A stretch of DNA of 62,839 nt, filler included, from Sphacelaria rigidula (lineage: Eukaryota), in NCBI GenBank assembly GCA_964200075.2. It is 4 parts of 4 records of this genome, joined end to end, with 100 filler letters (N's around TTAATTAATTAA, not from the genome) between each part and the next. Parts side by side here need not be neighbours in the genome. Positions count along the whole stretch, not along the records: positions 31,483 to 47,115 come from CAXNAA020001663.1; positions 47,216 to 62,839 come from CAXNAA020001664.1; 2 more parts are not named here. One strand, 5' to 3'. Numbering within the stretch: the first letter of the stretch is position 1; every line of letters begins with the position of its first letter. The translations under genes were made by a program, and so were the position numbers. This document shows positions 36,311 to 50,200 of the stretch, one piece after another. The notes beneath the pieces are model-generated. The model ran no database searches. It saw only the letters and a list, made by a program, of their open reading frames with translations, and was not told where the DNA came from.

Positions 36311-37661
36311 ACGGATTCCATCCCTACCATCAATGGAATTCTTGGGGAGAACGGTAGTTCACACAGTGCGAGTGGTGCTGAAGCCGCGGGTTCGAAGAGA
36401 AAGGTGGAGCGATATTTCCCTCGAACAGTGTTTAATCAGGTACAGCTGGAGTCTACCGTATAGGCACTGGGATGCTGCTTGCTGAGGCTGCCAAATTGAT
36501 CCTGTAACGAACTGACTGTAGTGTAACGCAGTGCAGAACCGGTGAACTATAAATGGCCGCGGGTTTTCATCTTATTACTGCATAGCACAGCGTCACCACG
36601 AACTCGAAAGACATAGACATGACTACAATTCTTACTGGTCTAGAGAACCAACAACGACGGCATGTCCCCTCCTTCGATCGCATATCGTTGTAACAACGGT
36701 GTTTGTTCTGTGCATATGTTTTTCACGGTGAATGAAACGTGGAGAAGTGGAGTCAGAGAAATGTCGTATGCAGGCTGTCCGCTGTACTGTCAAGGCATCG
36801 CAGTCAGTACAGAAACGCAGTCAGCACTTCGATCCGATGTAAGCAATGATTATGCGAGATGAATACATACACTGGTGTGCTGCGCTGTGCTGTACGATAG
36901 TCAGTGTTGATTGTCCAGTGATACCTGAAGCCCCCATCAACTACAACCTGCAACGCTATTATAGAGCTCGCGCCATCATATCTCATTACATACGACTGAG
37001 AAGAGGACAACAGAGGAAAGCCAGCGTATAGCTCGAAATTTGAAAAATGAGCACGTGTACCGTCTACGGGGTGTTGTGGCTCACGAGCCGCGGCTACGGA
37101 AACGACAACCAACAGGGACAATTCAGTAGCGTAAAATTAGCGTGATACATGGTCTGCTGCTTTGTGCGCAACGGTTGCGCTGTCAGATACAAACGATACC
37201 CATGTAAACTCGGTATACTCTGTTGTTCCGTAATCCCCGGCGCAAAACATGAGTGTCCATAGACCCGGGAAAGCAGCTGGAAAGCAACGAGATGGAAAGA
37301 AGGACATCTGTCTGCGCGGGGGTAGGTTTGTACACAAAGCAAGATTTATCAACGAATTGATGGTTGAGGTAGCTTTTATTCTTTCATTTCATAAGTCAAC
37401 ATGTTCAACGATACGAAACGTTCCTCACCAAGCACAGCACTCACCAATCCAGTTCCCCACCAGAGCGCGGATGCGACAAGCTTCCGAGTCTCTGTCGGGA
37501 AAGTTTGAAATTTTGCTACGCCAGGCTTATAGCCGTTATTTTTCTATTTCACATGATATATGTCATCATCTGTTCGTCGGCGGTTCAAGTGTCAGTTGAG
37601 TCTTCTCAAGTGCTGTGCCTTGGAGAGGGAGGATTGATGTACCCCAACACCGCGAACGACC

Positions 37662-38810
37662 ATGGCATCAACATCAACAGAGGCGAGACTTTCACTAGGG
37701 TCACCTTCGTCGTCGAGGAAGCGAAAAGCGTCTGCTGAAAACATCGCCACCTCTACAACTCTCCGACAAGATGATCAAGTCGGACGGCATGTCACTGTCA
37801 CCAAGGAGGTCCTCGACGACATGCGCCGCCGCATTGGCATTGTCGCGCAGAACTCCGTGCATAGAGGTACGGAGAATCCAAAAGGATCGGGCACATCAGA
37901 AGAATCAGCAGTGTTAGCAGGAGGTGGTGCCACCGCCGTCACCACCGCCGAGCCAAATAGCCAGAGAGGGCGGGAAAACGCCGGCGCTGGCGACAAGATC
38001 GAGCAGGTCGCTACAGGGTACATGAAGCCGTTCCTCTCAATGGTGGCGACTAGAGCGGCATCCATGTGCGAGACCGCGGGCTCGGAGGCGGAGCAGCTTG
38101 AGATCGACGAGCTGATGAGTAGAATTAGTTCCATGTTGGAAGAAAGGCAGCGCACCGTCGCGCTCCTTCGCGCCTCCCGCGCGCGTGTCGACCGCTTGGC
38201 TGTGTCTACCTGCTCCGACACACTCCATTTCTCCACGGTGACCGAAGACGCCGCCCTGGGTGCTTCAGACTCAAACACCGCCAACAATACCACGACCGGC
38301 AGCAGCAATATGGCGCAACAGCAGCTCGCGGGCGACGTTGTCAGCGCCGGCGGCGGCCGCCGGAACGCCGCAGGAGAAAATATAGAGCTTATGGGGCTGG
38401 AAGAGGGCGTCCTGGAGCCCAAGGTGTCGACGCTCATAGGGGCGATCGCAGAGCTGCCGGGACCGTTGAAGGCCTTGTTGCGAGAGCTGCCGGAAGTGGC
38501 CTCGTCACTGATCAGGACCGTACAGTCGGTCGAGACCGCAGTGGAAATGGAGGAGAGCAAAACGGAGGCTGTATTGGGCAGGATGCCACCGGCGCCGTTG
38601 CGTAAAAAAGCGATAAGCGGGGGCGGGGGGAGTGATGGGGTTGGTGCCGGTGCGACTGCGGCTGCCGGCGATCCCGGACGGTTGTTACCCCCGCCCAACG
38701 TGGCCAGGGCGGCCGTCCGTGCGACCAAGATGGAGCAAGTACGGATGCGGCGGACGGCGGGGCAAGGGACGGCGGCAACCGCCCGGCTCGGGGAGATTGT
38801 GCGCCCGTGA
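37662..38810 (+). CDS. Intronless 382-aa hypothetical helical protein
   Basis: Long GC-rich ORF from ATG to TGA; amphipathic helices separated by low-complexity linkers. Confidence 0.75.
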   Translation: MASTSTEARLSLGSPSSSRKRKASAENIATSTTLRQDDQVGRHVTVTKEVLDDMRRRIGIVAQNSVHRGTENPKGSGTSEESAVLAGGGATAVTTAEPNSQRGRENAGAGDKIEQVATGYMKPFLSMVATRAASMCETAGSEAEQLEIDELMSRISSMLEERQRTVALLRASRARVDRLAVSTCSDTLHFSTVTEDAALGASDSNTANNTTTGSSNMAQQQLAGDVVSAGGGRRNAAGENIELMGLEEGVLEPKVSTLIGAIAELPGPLKALLRELPEVASSLIRTVQSVETAVEMEESKTEAVLGRMPPAPLRKKAISGGGGSDGVGAGATAAAGDPGRLLPPPNVARAAVRATKMEQVRMRRTAGQGTAATARLGEIVRP

Positions 38811-41800
38811 TGTTCATGGAAAGGAGGGGCGCGCGGAGGGGGGGCGATGGCATGGGAATAAGCGGGCGGACGAGGAAATGGTGCTGACCGCTTGGTGCGC
38901 TGTGTGTGCTATATGGCTGCTCCTTCCTTTTCATGGTGTAGTTGGTTGACTTCCTCTCTTCTTGTTAAATGTTGTAGTGGTACGGCTTGTACAGGTGGAA
39001 GGGGGGAGGATGTATAGATTTAAAAACTTCACGGTATCTTTGTGGTTGAGTTTACTGTGCTTCGCTTCTATTTTCCTAGAATAGTTCCTTTTTTTTCATG
39101 TAATCACCGCCTCTGTGGTGGTTAATATTGTTGTTTTCACGAGAGGACGGGACGGAGGCGGGGGTGGGAGGGAAGACAGGACACCGCCGATTGTGTTTCA
39201 CCTCGCTGACTGTTGTATGGGGTACTAGTCAGCAAGCGCGATGGCTCGATACGAGTGATTTTCACATGGTGTATTCAGATGTTCCCCCGGAAAAAAACTC
39301 ATTGCGATAATGGCACGGAGTGTGGAAGCGGTGGGGGGCGGGTGAGCTGAAATGCCGCTGCCCTCTTGTTCATCTGCCCATCGTCGATTGAAAAGAACTG
39401 CATGTAAACTACCCCACGCTGTTTGCCTTCCTACTGTTATAGTCGAATCCGCTACTTCGTTTCGTGCAACACGAGCCGCATGCCCTACTGCACGCCCGCC
39501 CGAGGAGAGCAAGCATTTTGTACATAGCGCCGGAGGATAAAGGTTCGTAGCAACAGGAACCCGCGTTCACGGTACGTGAGATCCAACAAAGTGGTGAAAT
39601 ACGAGAAATGACACACTGTTGAACACGGCCGGATGAGAGCTTTACGTTCTAAAGTCGGTCTCCGCACATGACGATCTCGGACCCTTCTTATCCGAGATTG
39701 TAAAGACACAGTTGGAGAACTGTCGAGGCGTTTCTTGCCTCAGAGCAAGGTTCGTGGGCAAGGAAACGATGAAATCGCGAAAAAAAGAACGAGCAGAGTT
39801 CGTGCTGATCTCAAGACACGCGGGGCATCATGAAGAGTAACTAAGGGTATGTATTCACATGACCACACTGAACAGCTGTGCGTGCCGTGTGTTTATGCGG
39901 CATGGATTCGCAATGTACAGGAAATGCGCGAGAGCTCGATGCACGCTTGCACGGTCGCGAGTTGAATTTGACGTTTCGATAGTCATTGTCTAGGATCAAT
40001 GATCTTGGCCGCCCGCCCGGCGGGAGTTATCTGTGAGGGTCTCCAGACTCGGGGAACTGGGTGCCAATTTAGGGCCGGCTATGATTTTCCGAAGTACACG
40101 AGAAGGTCACAATCGTCGCAAGTCAAAAGTATGCGCGGGAACTTGAGTTCAGAAAGAAGGTGCACCTGCGAATCGGATACGGTTGGTCCAATCGCTGTAC
40201 AGAGTTCCGTGATGACCCACACGAGATCAGCACGCTTCTGTCGGCGCACCACGTCCAACGAAAACCGGGAAACACTTGTACTCAAAGTTGTAGACCATCC
40301 TCCAAATAGTTTCGTTGTCCCTGGATTCGATTTCGAAGCGAAAATAAGCACGAGTGCCTGTCTGTACCAGCTTGAGCATCTTAGATCCACTGGCAGAAGC
40401 CATACGCTTGGCTCCGCCGCGCCGCGGAGATCTCGCAAGACGGCTGATTATTCAACACGAAACAGCAACTGTAGACTGCAAGATCCTTTTTTACGCCGAT
40501 GAAGAAGAATCCTTTGAGTTGTTGTTGTGTTGTGGTGTTGTTGTTGTTGTTGTCTTCACATTAAAAAACCGTTACTGGGCATCTGATGCGGACGCCTTCC
40601 GTGGTTACAGGCTAGCAAAAAATAAAAATAAAATAAAAATAGACCCAGATTAAAACTCACAAAACGCGATACAAGCTAAACAGGAATAAATAATGAAGGA
40701 GAAAGGGAGTACAAATGGCTAACCTCAGAAGGTCCGATGCCGCAGGTGGCCATTCGGACTTCAGGGGGTGGCACTCGGTTTTTCAACTCGACGCGCGACA
40801 AGTAGAAATAAACATAGGGTCCGACTACGGGCGAGGCTCAAGGCCCCAAATACCGCCAACCAAAGAACTAAAGAATGTACCGGAATGAAGCTCGGATCCG
40901 CTTATTAGTGGAAGTGTGTAACGATCTACCATGGTCTTCGTCATCCGTAAGAACGGGGGTTCTCATGTGCTTATTCGTTCGATCCAAAATCAGTCCATTT
41001 GAGTCCACGTATTGTATGCCAATGCACCTCTTTGTGATATTTGTATACGGTCGCTTCTACTCAGGGGCCCGAATCTGTTTGTGACCAACGGGTGAAATGC
41101 TGCCCATTGTGATGGACAAAACACACGCACAGGAGCCTACAGATAGCGCCGTAAGGTATAGTGCAGAAACAGCAGCATAGCTAGAGACTCACGTGGTGGG
41201 GAAAAGCCACATTGTTTAGTTCAACCCCCGTTTGCTCAAAAAGCAAATTGGGCGCGTTCCGTGCTGCGATGAGCGTGCTGTGCCATGAAAAGAGAACGTG
41301 CCTCGCCCATAATCATGGTGCCAAGATAAAATACTACATGAGATACTTCAACCCAAATGCTGAATAATTTCTGGGCCGGGCCATCTCATTTGTTGTTTCG
41401 ATCAGCTCTGGGTCCACGCAGAAACATCAATGAAGGAATGACAGGTGATTTTACCGAGCCAGGTACTACAGGACCTAGCTCACTTTGTTTGGGGAGTCGT
41501 CACTTGAAGTTCTACGGGTTCATGAACAGGAAGACGGTCCTCGGTGTACAGCTGCGCTTGCCAGCAAACAAGGAGCGCCCAAGCACAGATGCACTTGATC
41601 TAACGATAGCCATTTTTCAGCTACATGAGGAGGAGCTTTACTTACCTGAAATCGGTTCAGTAGGAGATGAGCAACACCGAGACGCGTGTGACGGCGAATA
41701 CCGGCGTTGTTGCGAACTGTTTTCGCTATTTTTGGCTGCCACGGGTACTGAACACGTTCTCATCACGTCCTTGTTGGATCCAACCCAAAACAGAGTACAT

Positions 41801-44353
41801 CGAGATCATTCAACCAACAGCTACACATTGATGTGGTGCACGATATCGCATCGCAAGCGGTGGATACTCGTACGGCGTACGTGTACTACGGTAGTGCTCT
41901 GCACATCCTGGCTTCATAATTCTAGCCGCACTCCTTAGCAGCTATTGTACAACACCGCGATGGCACCGCGTATATTACCATTCACCGGTCTATTCACTTT
42001 GTCGAGTCTGAAAGAATGAGTTTTGGTGTTCCCACAGATTCCAACCGTCAAGCGAGAAAACAGAGAGAAATAAAATCGTTCTTGCGTCCTCTGAGGAACT
42101 GTCCGCTAGGTATATGCATTATGTATCAGTTAAACCTCAGACAGCGACCCCCCCCGCAGGTGGACTGAGATGGACTATGCCACACATAAGGTTCAGAATA
42201 GCTATTTTTCTTGCTACCTAAAACATCTTTTTCATAGACATGTGGATGTTGGGCATCTACTACATGGGAAACAATCCCCGGAGAACCTCTGACCGGTTTC
42301 GACCCTGAAATCTGTCGTGTGCAGAGTCAGTGTGTGTGTTGGATGTCTTCGCCGGATACAACGACAAAAAGCAGTCAGCGTGCCATCGCTCTTCACTGAG
42401 CACAGTCTACTGCATACCGCTGATGTCTCTGCTTAGTGTTCCACACCAATAGCATTCGGATTTGCGCCGTGCGCTGGGTTGGACGATGACTATGGGAGGG
42501 CCATATCGGTAAAATAGTGACTCTTAGGACAAAATATGAAATATCATAAGACAAAACAAGGTACAAGATAAACTTGGTAGTTTTTGCCGGGTACACCTAC
42601 CCCATTGTCGGACAAAATAGGATGCTCTGAAGGCCCTTGTTCCCGCGGCGCTGTTCGGCCGTAAAACCGCGCTCTTTTTCGCGCGGAAGTTGGTGTACAT
42701 GCTCTGCATGGGCTGTCGACACCTGATCTTCGCGTGAGGATTGATTTTTGAGTGGTTTGGAGCTGGCACGGATAGTTCCAACTTGCGCGGTTACCTGTAC
42801 TGACGTGTTGACTGAAACAGAGGAGATTGCACCCACTTGTGTATTTTGCTCTTTCAGAATCCCCTGTTCAACCATCAGCCAACCGAACGAAGAGTGAGCA
42901 ATGTTTTGGGGAGATTGAGATTCTAGCGTTGATTGAGAGTGAGTTTTATTATTCCCTTTGGCTGGACCATTTGTGTGTGTGTGCGTGTGTCTGTGCTGTT
43001 CCTTGCCTATAACACCGCCGTGCGCCCTACACGTCGATACCCTACTCGGGGATATCAAAGGCTTGAGTGGCAAGCTACGGCAGGAAGCATATCGGGCCTC
43101 GTGTAAGGCCCGGCAAGGGGGGGGGGAGCATTCCGGAACTGAAACTCATTCACTCATCAATTGACCGCTTCTCACTCTCAATCGTATGCTGGACTCTCAA
43201 TCTCACAAAATTGTTGTTACTGATGGGCAGTCGATGGTTTTAGTTTCCCGCGTGAGAAAAAACTAATTTTGGCTTGAAGCACCACACCGCCAGTAAAGTA
43301 AGTGAAACAATAAGTAAGTGTCATCGGGCACATGAAATAAACTGGCCATCCCGAAAACTGGAAACGAGATTTTTCTCTGGGGACGAACTGAAGTCAAAAT
43401 TGTGCATGATACTGAACCTAGCACCCGTCGAACGTGCCTTCAAGGAAATCTTTGGCGGGTACTAGGCTCAATATCATATACTTCTCTGTCCCAAAAAATA
43501 AGCCCGTTTGGAGGTTTTGCTGCATTTGTCGTGCGTATTTTCGGCTTTTCCCGACCGTTCTCGTGAAGTTTTGGAGCAGAACTCAAAACCAAGGCTTCTG
43601 CCGAGCCCCCAATAGACAAGCAGCTGCACTCACTGCGATCAGAGTGTGTCGGTCGTGTACGACCGGAATCTACCGGTTGACAGCCTTCTCATCGATTTTT
43701 GGAGAAACTTTTTTTATGGTTCCCGAGGCGTTTCGGAGAACCGCCCGAAACCATCGTTTTTCAGCTTCCCGCACCACAGCACTATTTGAGCAAACAGCAG
43801 TCCACGCTCCCAAGGGCACAAGTCGTCAACAAGCATCCCGGGGACAATATCATGTTGTCCTCGGGTCTGGAGAGTCTTCTTGTTCTCACGCATGTTCCCA
43901 ACACATCGAAACACACTATCGTGGGTCTGAGCATAAAAAAAAAATCTTTGTACCCCCCGTATTGCACATGGAGCAAAAGTTTGCCAAAACTCTGGCTCTC
44001 CTTCGGAAAATCTCACTACACAAGCCCACTTTGTGACTTTCCACGCCGGGGATGATAACGTGTGACATCCTTAGTTTTTTTTTTTCAACATGATGGCAAC
44101 CATGTGTGGAAAACGTGTTGGAGGTCCGTATATCGAAAACAACTGTGTTGGGTACATGATCGGAATATTTCAAATGAGCTTATCTTGTGGGACAGAGGAA
44201 GTACAATTTTGTCTGTTCCCGGAGGTCAACCTCGTTCTCATCTTTCAGGATCGGCCGTCATACACCACCTTTCCAGTCTCTTATGATCACGACTGGTGTG
44301 CGGAACCATCACGTACAGCACTACTACCCCTTTACTTCTGAACACCCGCACAA

Positions 44354-44614
44354 GAGCAATGCTACGGTAGGGGTGCACTTCTTGCGCAAAATCTAGTCTG
44401 TTTCAGGGGCTCCCAACGATTCTAGATGCAAAAGAATATGGGTCAGGGTATCCCCGTCTGCAAATTCATTCGGGATATCCCTAGCACCTCGCACAGTGGA
44501 ATAGTAATCCTGGCGTACTCCCACATATTTCAGGGGTCGTGTTTTGGATGAGATGAAGGGCTCCTAACAATTTTCTCATCCGAAAATATTTGTGTAGGAC
44601 CCCTACCGTAGCAT
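44354..44614. mobile_element. MITE
   Basis: Perfect 16-bp inverted repeat ATGCTACGGTAGGGGT (44359-44374) / ACCCCTACCGTAGCAT (44599-44614). Second copy at 1-73. Confidence 0.8.
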
Positions 44615-44899
44615 CAGCAAAGTCCATGGACGCGCCGCCTCCAACAATGTTTTCGTGAGATTGAGGATCTAGGGTACGATCCAGAGTGAGAAGCGGTCAG
44701 CTTATGGATGAATTAGTTACAGTTCCGAAATGCCCCTCCGGGCCTTACACGAGTTCCGATACGCGTTTGTGATGGTATATGACTGCGTGCGAGAATTAAA
44801 CTTGCTCCTTGGGGTATAACGATCGTTTTCACAAACGACCGGCGAGTAAGAGAAGAAGATCCTTGTCGAATGTGTGCTTGATTTGGCGTTCTGATAACA

Positions 44900-45339
44900 C
44901 GGGATCTTACAAATTGGGGATGGATCTTTTATTGGGGATGAGAAACCCGCAGAAGAAGTAAAATCTTCGTATTCACACCAAATCTTCAAAATATGGTTCC
45001 ACTTTTTTCACCTACTGATAGCTATTGACAACTGCTGCACGCCATAGAAATTTGGATTTCGATCAGGGAAATGTTAGGGTCTTAAGTGAAAAACCAATTT
45101 CAGAGCCATTTTGGCGTCCGCTCGGACACCCGAAATTCCCCAAAATTGGTTTTCCATCTAGGACCCCAACATTTCGGTGACCGAAATCCAAATTTCTATG
45201 GCGTGTAGCAGTTGTCAATAGCTATCAGCAGGTGAAGAAATTGAACCACATTTCGAAGATTTGGTGTGGATACGAAGATTTTATTTCTCCGGGTTTATCA
45301 TTCCCAATGAAAGAGCCATCCCCAATTTGAAAGATCCCG
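44900..45339. mobile_element. Fold-back element, ~220-bp arms, almost no loop
   Basis: CGGGATCTT...GTCCG-CT-CGGAC...AAGATCCCG; arms align throughout with scattered mismatches. Confidence 0.85.
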
Positions 45340-46541
45340 CCTTTGATGAGTCTGTATTCGGACATGTCTGTGCAGCATGAGTCATATATAGGGCACACTC
45401 TTGCCAATGCTTGACTGGCCGGAGGCACGTGCCGGGATGATTCTGTAATATGGCAGCTGTACGCGTGGCTACAGCAGCTGTTTTTTCCGAGGTCCTCGCC
45501 CTCACCAGCTGCTTACTTGTGCCCACGGGCGGAAACATTCGATATATTTTGGATATATCAGAATAATAGCCTTCAAACATCGCCTACGTGCCGATCCCCA
45601 CAACGATACTGGTCTTCAAGCCCACCACCGACCAACATAAGTTGTGAAGCTGTGTTTATATATTATAATCCCCCTTCTAGCTTCTACCTTATGAATCGAT
45701 TGTAATTATCCGAAAGACTTGGTGTGTAATTCCCTCAAACAGCAGCTATTTGGGTGCCTAAGCAGAGAGCCTTCGGCCGCGTATCACGAGCTGAACACAG
45801 GACGAACTTGTCTACAACTCTTCCTTGGGGTGTTGCTTGCTGTGCTACTGCTAATACTCTGGCAGTTGGGGCTTCAGCTGGGACTCTAGCACTTTCTGTC
45901 GTAGCTTGCCACTGACGTCTTTGACATCCTTGAGAAGGATGTCGACGTGTAGCTGTAAGCACACTCGCCAGTTTTATAGGCAAACAAAACCGCAGACCAC
46001 GTGAAAAATTGGTGGGAGTTTGAGTGCTTGAAATAACTCATTCTCAATCAACGCTAGACACTCAACCCCACGAAGACGCGTTGTTGCCCGCATTCCACCG
46101 GCAGCGAGAGCATATACTATATGCATGTATAATACTTCCTCTGTCTCAGAAGCTAGGGTACCTAAATTTGTATGGGCCCTCAACCGTGTCAGGTCTGTTT
46201 CTCGGTTCTTTTGAAGTCTTCGGTGATTTTCGAGTAAAAACATGTTATATTTATCTCAGCCGGTGCTTTGAGCATGCGGCCGAACGGCCGAAAAAAAATC
46301 AGTGGGCCAAAAAATGGCCGTATTCACGCCTTTCCCACAGGTAACAAAGTGTCGACAACCATTGTCGCCATTGCATAGCGGCCACCAACCGATATCTCGG
46401 CGCCCCGTTTGCGAGGTGGGGGTGTACTGGGCGGCGAGTCCATCGCTAGAATGGTGTAGTGGGCGGGCAAGGCCCTAAATTTGGACCCTTTTGACAATGT
46501 CTCGAGAATTCTTAGAATTTTTTTGAAAAACATTATCAAAA

Positions 46542-46792
46542 GAGCCACCCTACGATAGGGGGGGGGGGGTATTTTGGGCCACTTCTTGCACGAAATTTCA
46601 CGGCAAATCGCCGGTGAGATCAGCAAGGATTGCTCGAACAAGCTTGTTATAGATACATAACGCTCGTTCATACTGATTGACACGGTCTTGAACCAAATAC
46701 AAGCACATCGCGAGTGTTGCAGGTCATCTGACACACTTATCAGCCTTTATTTTCGTACAATCAAATATCCCCCCCCTATCGTAGGATGACTC
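46542..46792. mobile_element. MITE with GAG...CTC termini and AAAA flanks (Sola-like)
   Basis: TIR GAGYCAYCCTACGATAGGGGGGG; AAAA on both sides. Confidence 0.65.
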
Positions 46793-47115
46793 AAAAGTAC
46801 TCCCAAAATGGGCCAAAATATGGCATATTTTAACCCAGTAAGGTACGTGAGTAGAGCCCCGTTTTTCTTCTCTCTCTACCTTCATCTTCGTTTTATCTTC
46901 GACTCATGCCGAGATAGCTCCCCCACAAAAAGTGCACGTGAGACGGTTAGACAAAACGGCTGCGATCCCACTATTGGGCTGGCTCGTTTGCAGCAATTTC
47001 GCCCACATGAGAGGCGTGGAGCAGTTCGAAATTAGCTATTACGCCCAAATAAGTCGCGTCGTGCAGCACGAAACCAGCTTTCACGGAATTTATGATCATC
47101 GCCTCCTTGCACTTT

Positions 47116-47215
47116 NNNNNNNNNNNNNNNNNNNNNNNNNNNNNNNNNNNNNNNNNNNNTTAATTAATTAANNNNNNNNNNNNNNNNNNNNNNNNNNNNN
47201 NNNNNNNNNNNNNNN
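47116..47215. other. Artificial contig linker
   Basis: N44-TTAATTAATTAA-N44. Confidence 0.98.
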
Positions 47216-50200
47216 GGAGTCAAAAGGTGGGTCAAACGTCATAAAAGTGAACAATCCGTGGGCCAAAAATCTGTTTGCCATAACATCCGGGCTGAGGACG
47301 TCCATATGAAAGTCATTCATGACTTCAGGGAACAGAAAACATTCTTCTTTCGGAGTTGAAACTCATTTTCGAAGATAATCTGTTTGGGAGCCCAATATTA
47401 GTCAGGAGCTGGCCCCATCCATATAATATACATGCGTCATCCAAGTTTGATCGCTCCAACCTACGCAGGAGTACATATGTACATGTCAAAATGTGTACTG
47501 CGCATGAAGTATGGAATCTGGTGTCTTCTGAAAACTCTTATTTTTGGACAAAATTATCCATCTACTGTTAACGGTTTGAAAGCTCTGCTACTCGGATGGC
47601 TGACTCTGTCTGCCTCGTGGTACATGCCGCTACATCTTGCAAGATATTACCTTGAGACATAAGATACGCCCATCATAGTTGCTCATTTCATGTGGCTCGA
47701 CGGGAAACCCTGGGCAGAAACAGTTTTTTTGCGCAATACTCCAGTATTCGTCATGGAGTGTTGCAACAGTCTGCAGTGGTGATACTTGGTGTTCATCACC
47801 TTCCTTTCTTGGTCGGGAGAACTATATACATCAAACACGTGGACGCACGCCACCAAAAGGGCCAAGGTACGTCACGATCGAGTCTATCACGCTCCTCTCT
47901 CCGGCTATTATTTTGTCTGCTACTACTCCCTCTACTTTCAAACGGACAGATTATCGGGTTCAATTTCATTTCAAAACGGGACACTGTGTTGTTGTTGTGT
48001 TGTCGTCCCATTTATTCTGGGCACCAGTCTACATCTTTCGGTGTATGTGGGTGCACCAGCCGGGGTCACACAGGGGGAAGGTCAACACAGGACACTCAAC
48101 AACTGAATCGTCTGTAGCAGACAATACTTCCTGTAAAATTAGCTTTGTTCACAGCACATCTGTCTTATCGTGCCTCTCTTGATCAAGAACCCAGCTGTCG
48201 CAAGTCAATCGTTTTGGGGTTACTCCGATCTCTCTCCTACCTCTTGTGCATCAGTGGAGCGCGTCACCGTCACGACGTCACACACTGAACAGGGATGAAC
48301 GATAAGATTTTCCGTTTCGATCTTCAACTCGTGACGTAGTGATTGGTAGTGGACCGGAATTTGATGGAAACCCGGGAAGTGGGGATATTCCCAACCGCCC
48401 ACACACACGGGCCAGGGGTCTCTGGTTTCTTACATTCATATCACACTCATTTTTTACATAACTGTGTCGTCACCTGCATCCGGCGCTGATCAGGCCGATC
48501 ACAACAGTATTTCACAGCGTGCATGTGCGTTACAGGTGGTGAAAGCTCAAGCTCCGTCTGCCGCGTTCGCATTCCGCCTTTTTTTTCTTCCTTCCGTACA
48601 TCCAAAAAATCATGTTCCATTTTTCATGAGTATACAGTCAGCATCCGAGCCCTTTTGCAGCGGATAGCTTTTGGTGTGGATGTGTATCGAACAATGCAGC
48701 GGATAGCTGGCCTATGTTGCTCAGACATGCGGAACGGAAGGGGCATCGAGGCGCGGTTGATGACAGGGAAGCGAGTTTTGATTTCAACCGGCAGTGACAG
48801 TCGCCGCGACCCCCTCCCGTCGAATAGTAACAGTCAGCATCAACGACCCGGGCGCCGAAAGGCAATCACCAAAGAAAACGGGATGACGATTCTGGTGATG
48901 CTATCTGCACTGCTCACCAAGGCAGCAGCGGTCACCGGCACCATGGCTGCTGGTACTGCCGGTGCCGACAGTGCGCCCGTGGTTTCATCGGCGGTTTCTA
49001 CGGCCTCAGCCCCCGTGGATCCTTGCGTTGCCGTTTCCCCGGGCACAGGCACAGCACCGAGCAATGTGATGGCTGATGCGGAACCGCTGAGTACCGTCAG
49101 TGCAAGAACCGCAGCAGCAAACGACGTAAGTACACACCGACTGAGGTCCTTGTTCACCCACAATTTCACTACACCCCACCGCTGCCTATCCCCGGGCGTG
49201 CCGCGTCCATTTGTATAGTTGTAATCCGGTGGAAGAGGGGCGCGCCGGCGGGGGATGTGGGGGGGGGGGAGAGGGAAGGGGCTGTGCCGAGAACGGTGAG
49301 ACCCCGGGGGCTGGCTGTGCGTGAATCGTCTCTTGAGCAACTTTGCAAAACACCGAGCAGTTTTGTTTGTATGCCTGAACTTTACCACCTCGAACTGCAG
49401 TAACGCATACTTCCTATACTATACAAGTATTGGACCCGTGAGAAATTGTTTTTTTTACCGAGGGACAGACGATGGCGGGGCACCTTGCATGTCTGGTTTG
49501 CTCCTTGAAGATGAGCTGCGTTTGCCTCTTGCAGAGCTCCAGCAGCGCATGCCTGTGCTGGCTGCGTTTGAGTCTGGACCCGTTAACGGTCCGCCGTTGT
49601 CGTACTCTAGTATGTTTCACCGCCCTCATTGTTTGTGTGAAGAACGCGTTCCGCCAAAGGCTATTAACTTGCCGCGGACGGCATCGTTGGAAACCCAATG
49701 ATACATGAGGCGGACAGTTTCATCCTGAGAGGCGCTGGATTGTACCAGGCCAGCTCTATGCGCTGCGCCAACAGATCGCGCTCCTGCCTCTTCTGTGTAA
49801 AGATTGTCCCCACGTTACGCGCATACATAAGGTTGCCCACAGGCACGGTCCAGCCTTTCATGTCACTACATGTATGTACGTGATTGCTGGCAGTTGCCGT
49901 CAGTCTGTTGTTTCAAATCCGGCACCCCTCACCCCATATCAGGAAGCAACTCTTTTGGAGCATGACGTGCTTCCTCCGGAGTTTTCCTGTTTACTCTGAG
50001 AGCATGTGAAAAATAACCCCGGATTCATCACGCCACCTTTTTCGGTCCGCCGGGGGGGTTGCGGGGCGCGAGGAATACTATTCCCCCCATGAAAATATTT
50101 CCACCTACTCCGCAATGGAAACAAATCACTTCATTTAAGAATCGAACAAAGTCACGTCATGTTGGACAAGTGACTTCAACTGAGTATACTCGAAACGATC

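Noticed and set aside
39650..40480. Ty3/gypsy pol relic
   Set aside because: Only faint similarity (LIRDCKDTVG, HPPNSFVVPGFD); no clear YxDD or DAS motif.
41357..41938. 193-aa ORF as a gene or second recombinase relic
   Set aside because: No recognisable motif or splice structure.
15649..47215. Periodic TTAATTAATTAA motif every ~15.7 kb
   Set aside because: Identical N-padded six-frame-stop linkers between size-sorted contigs; artificial.
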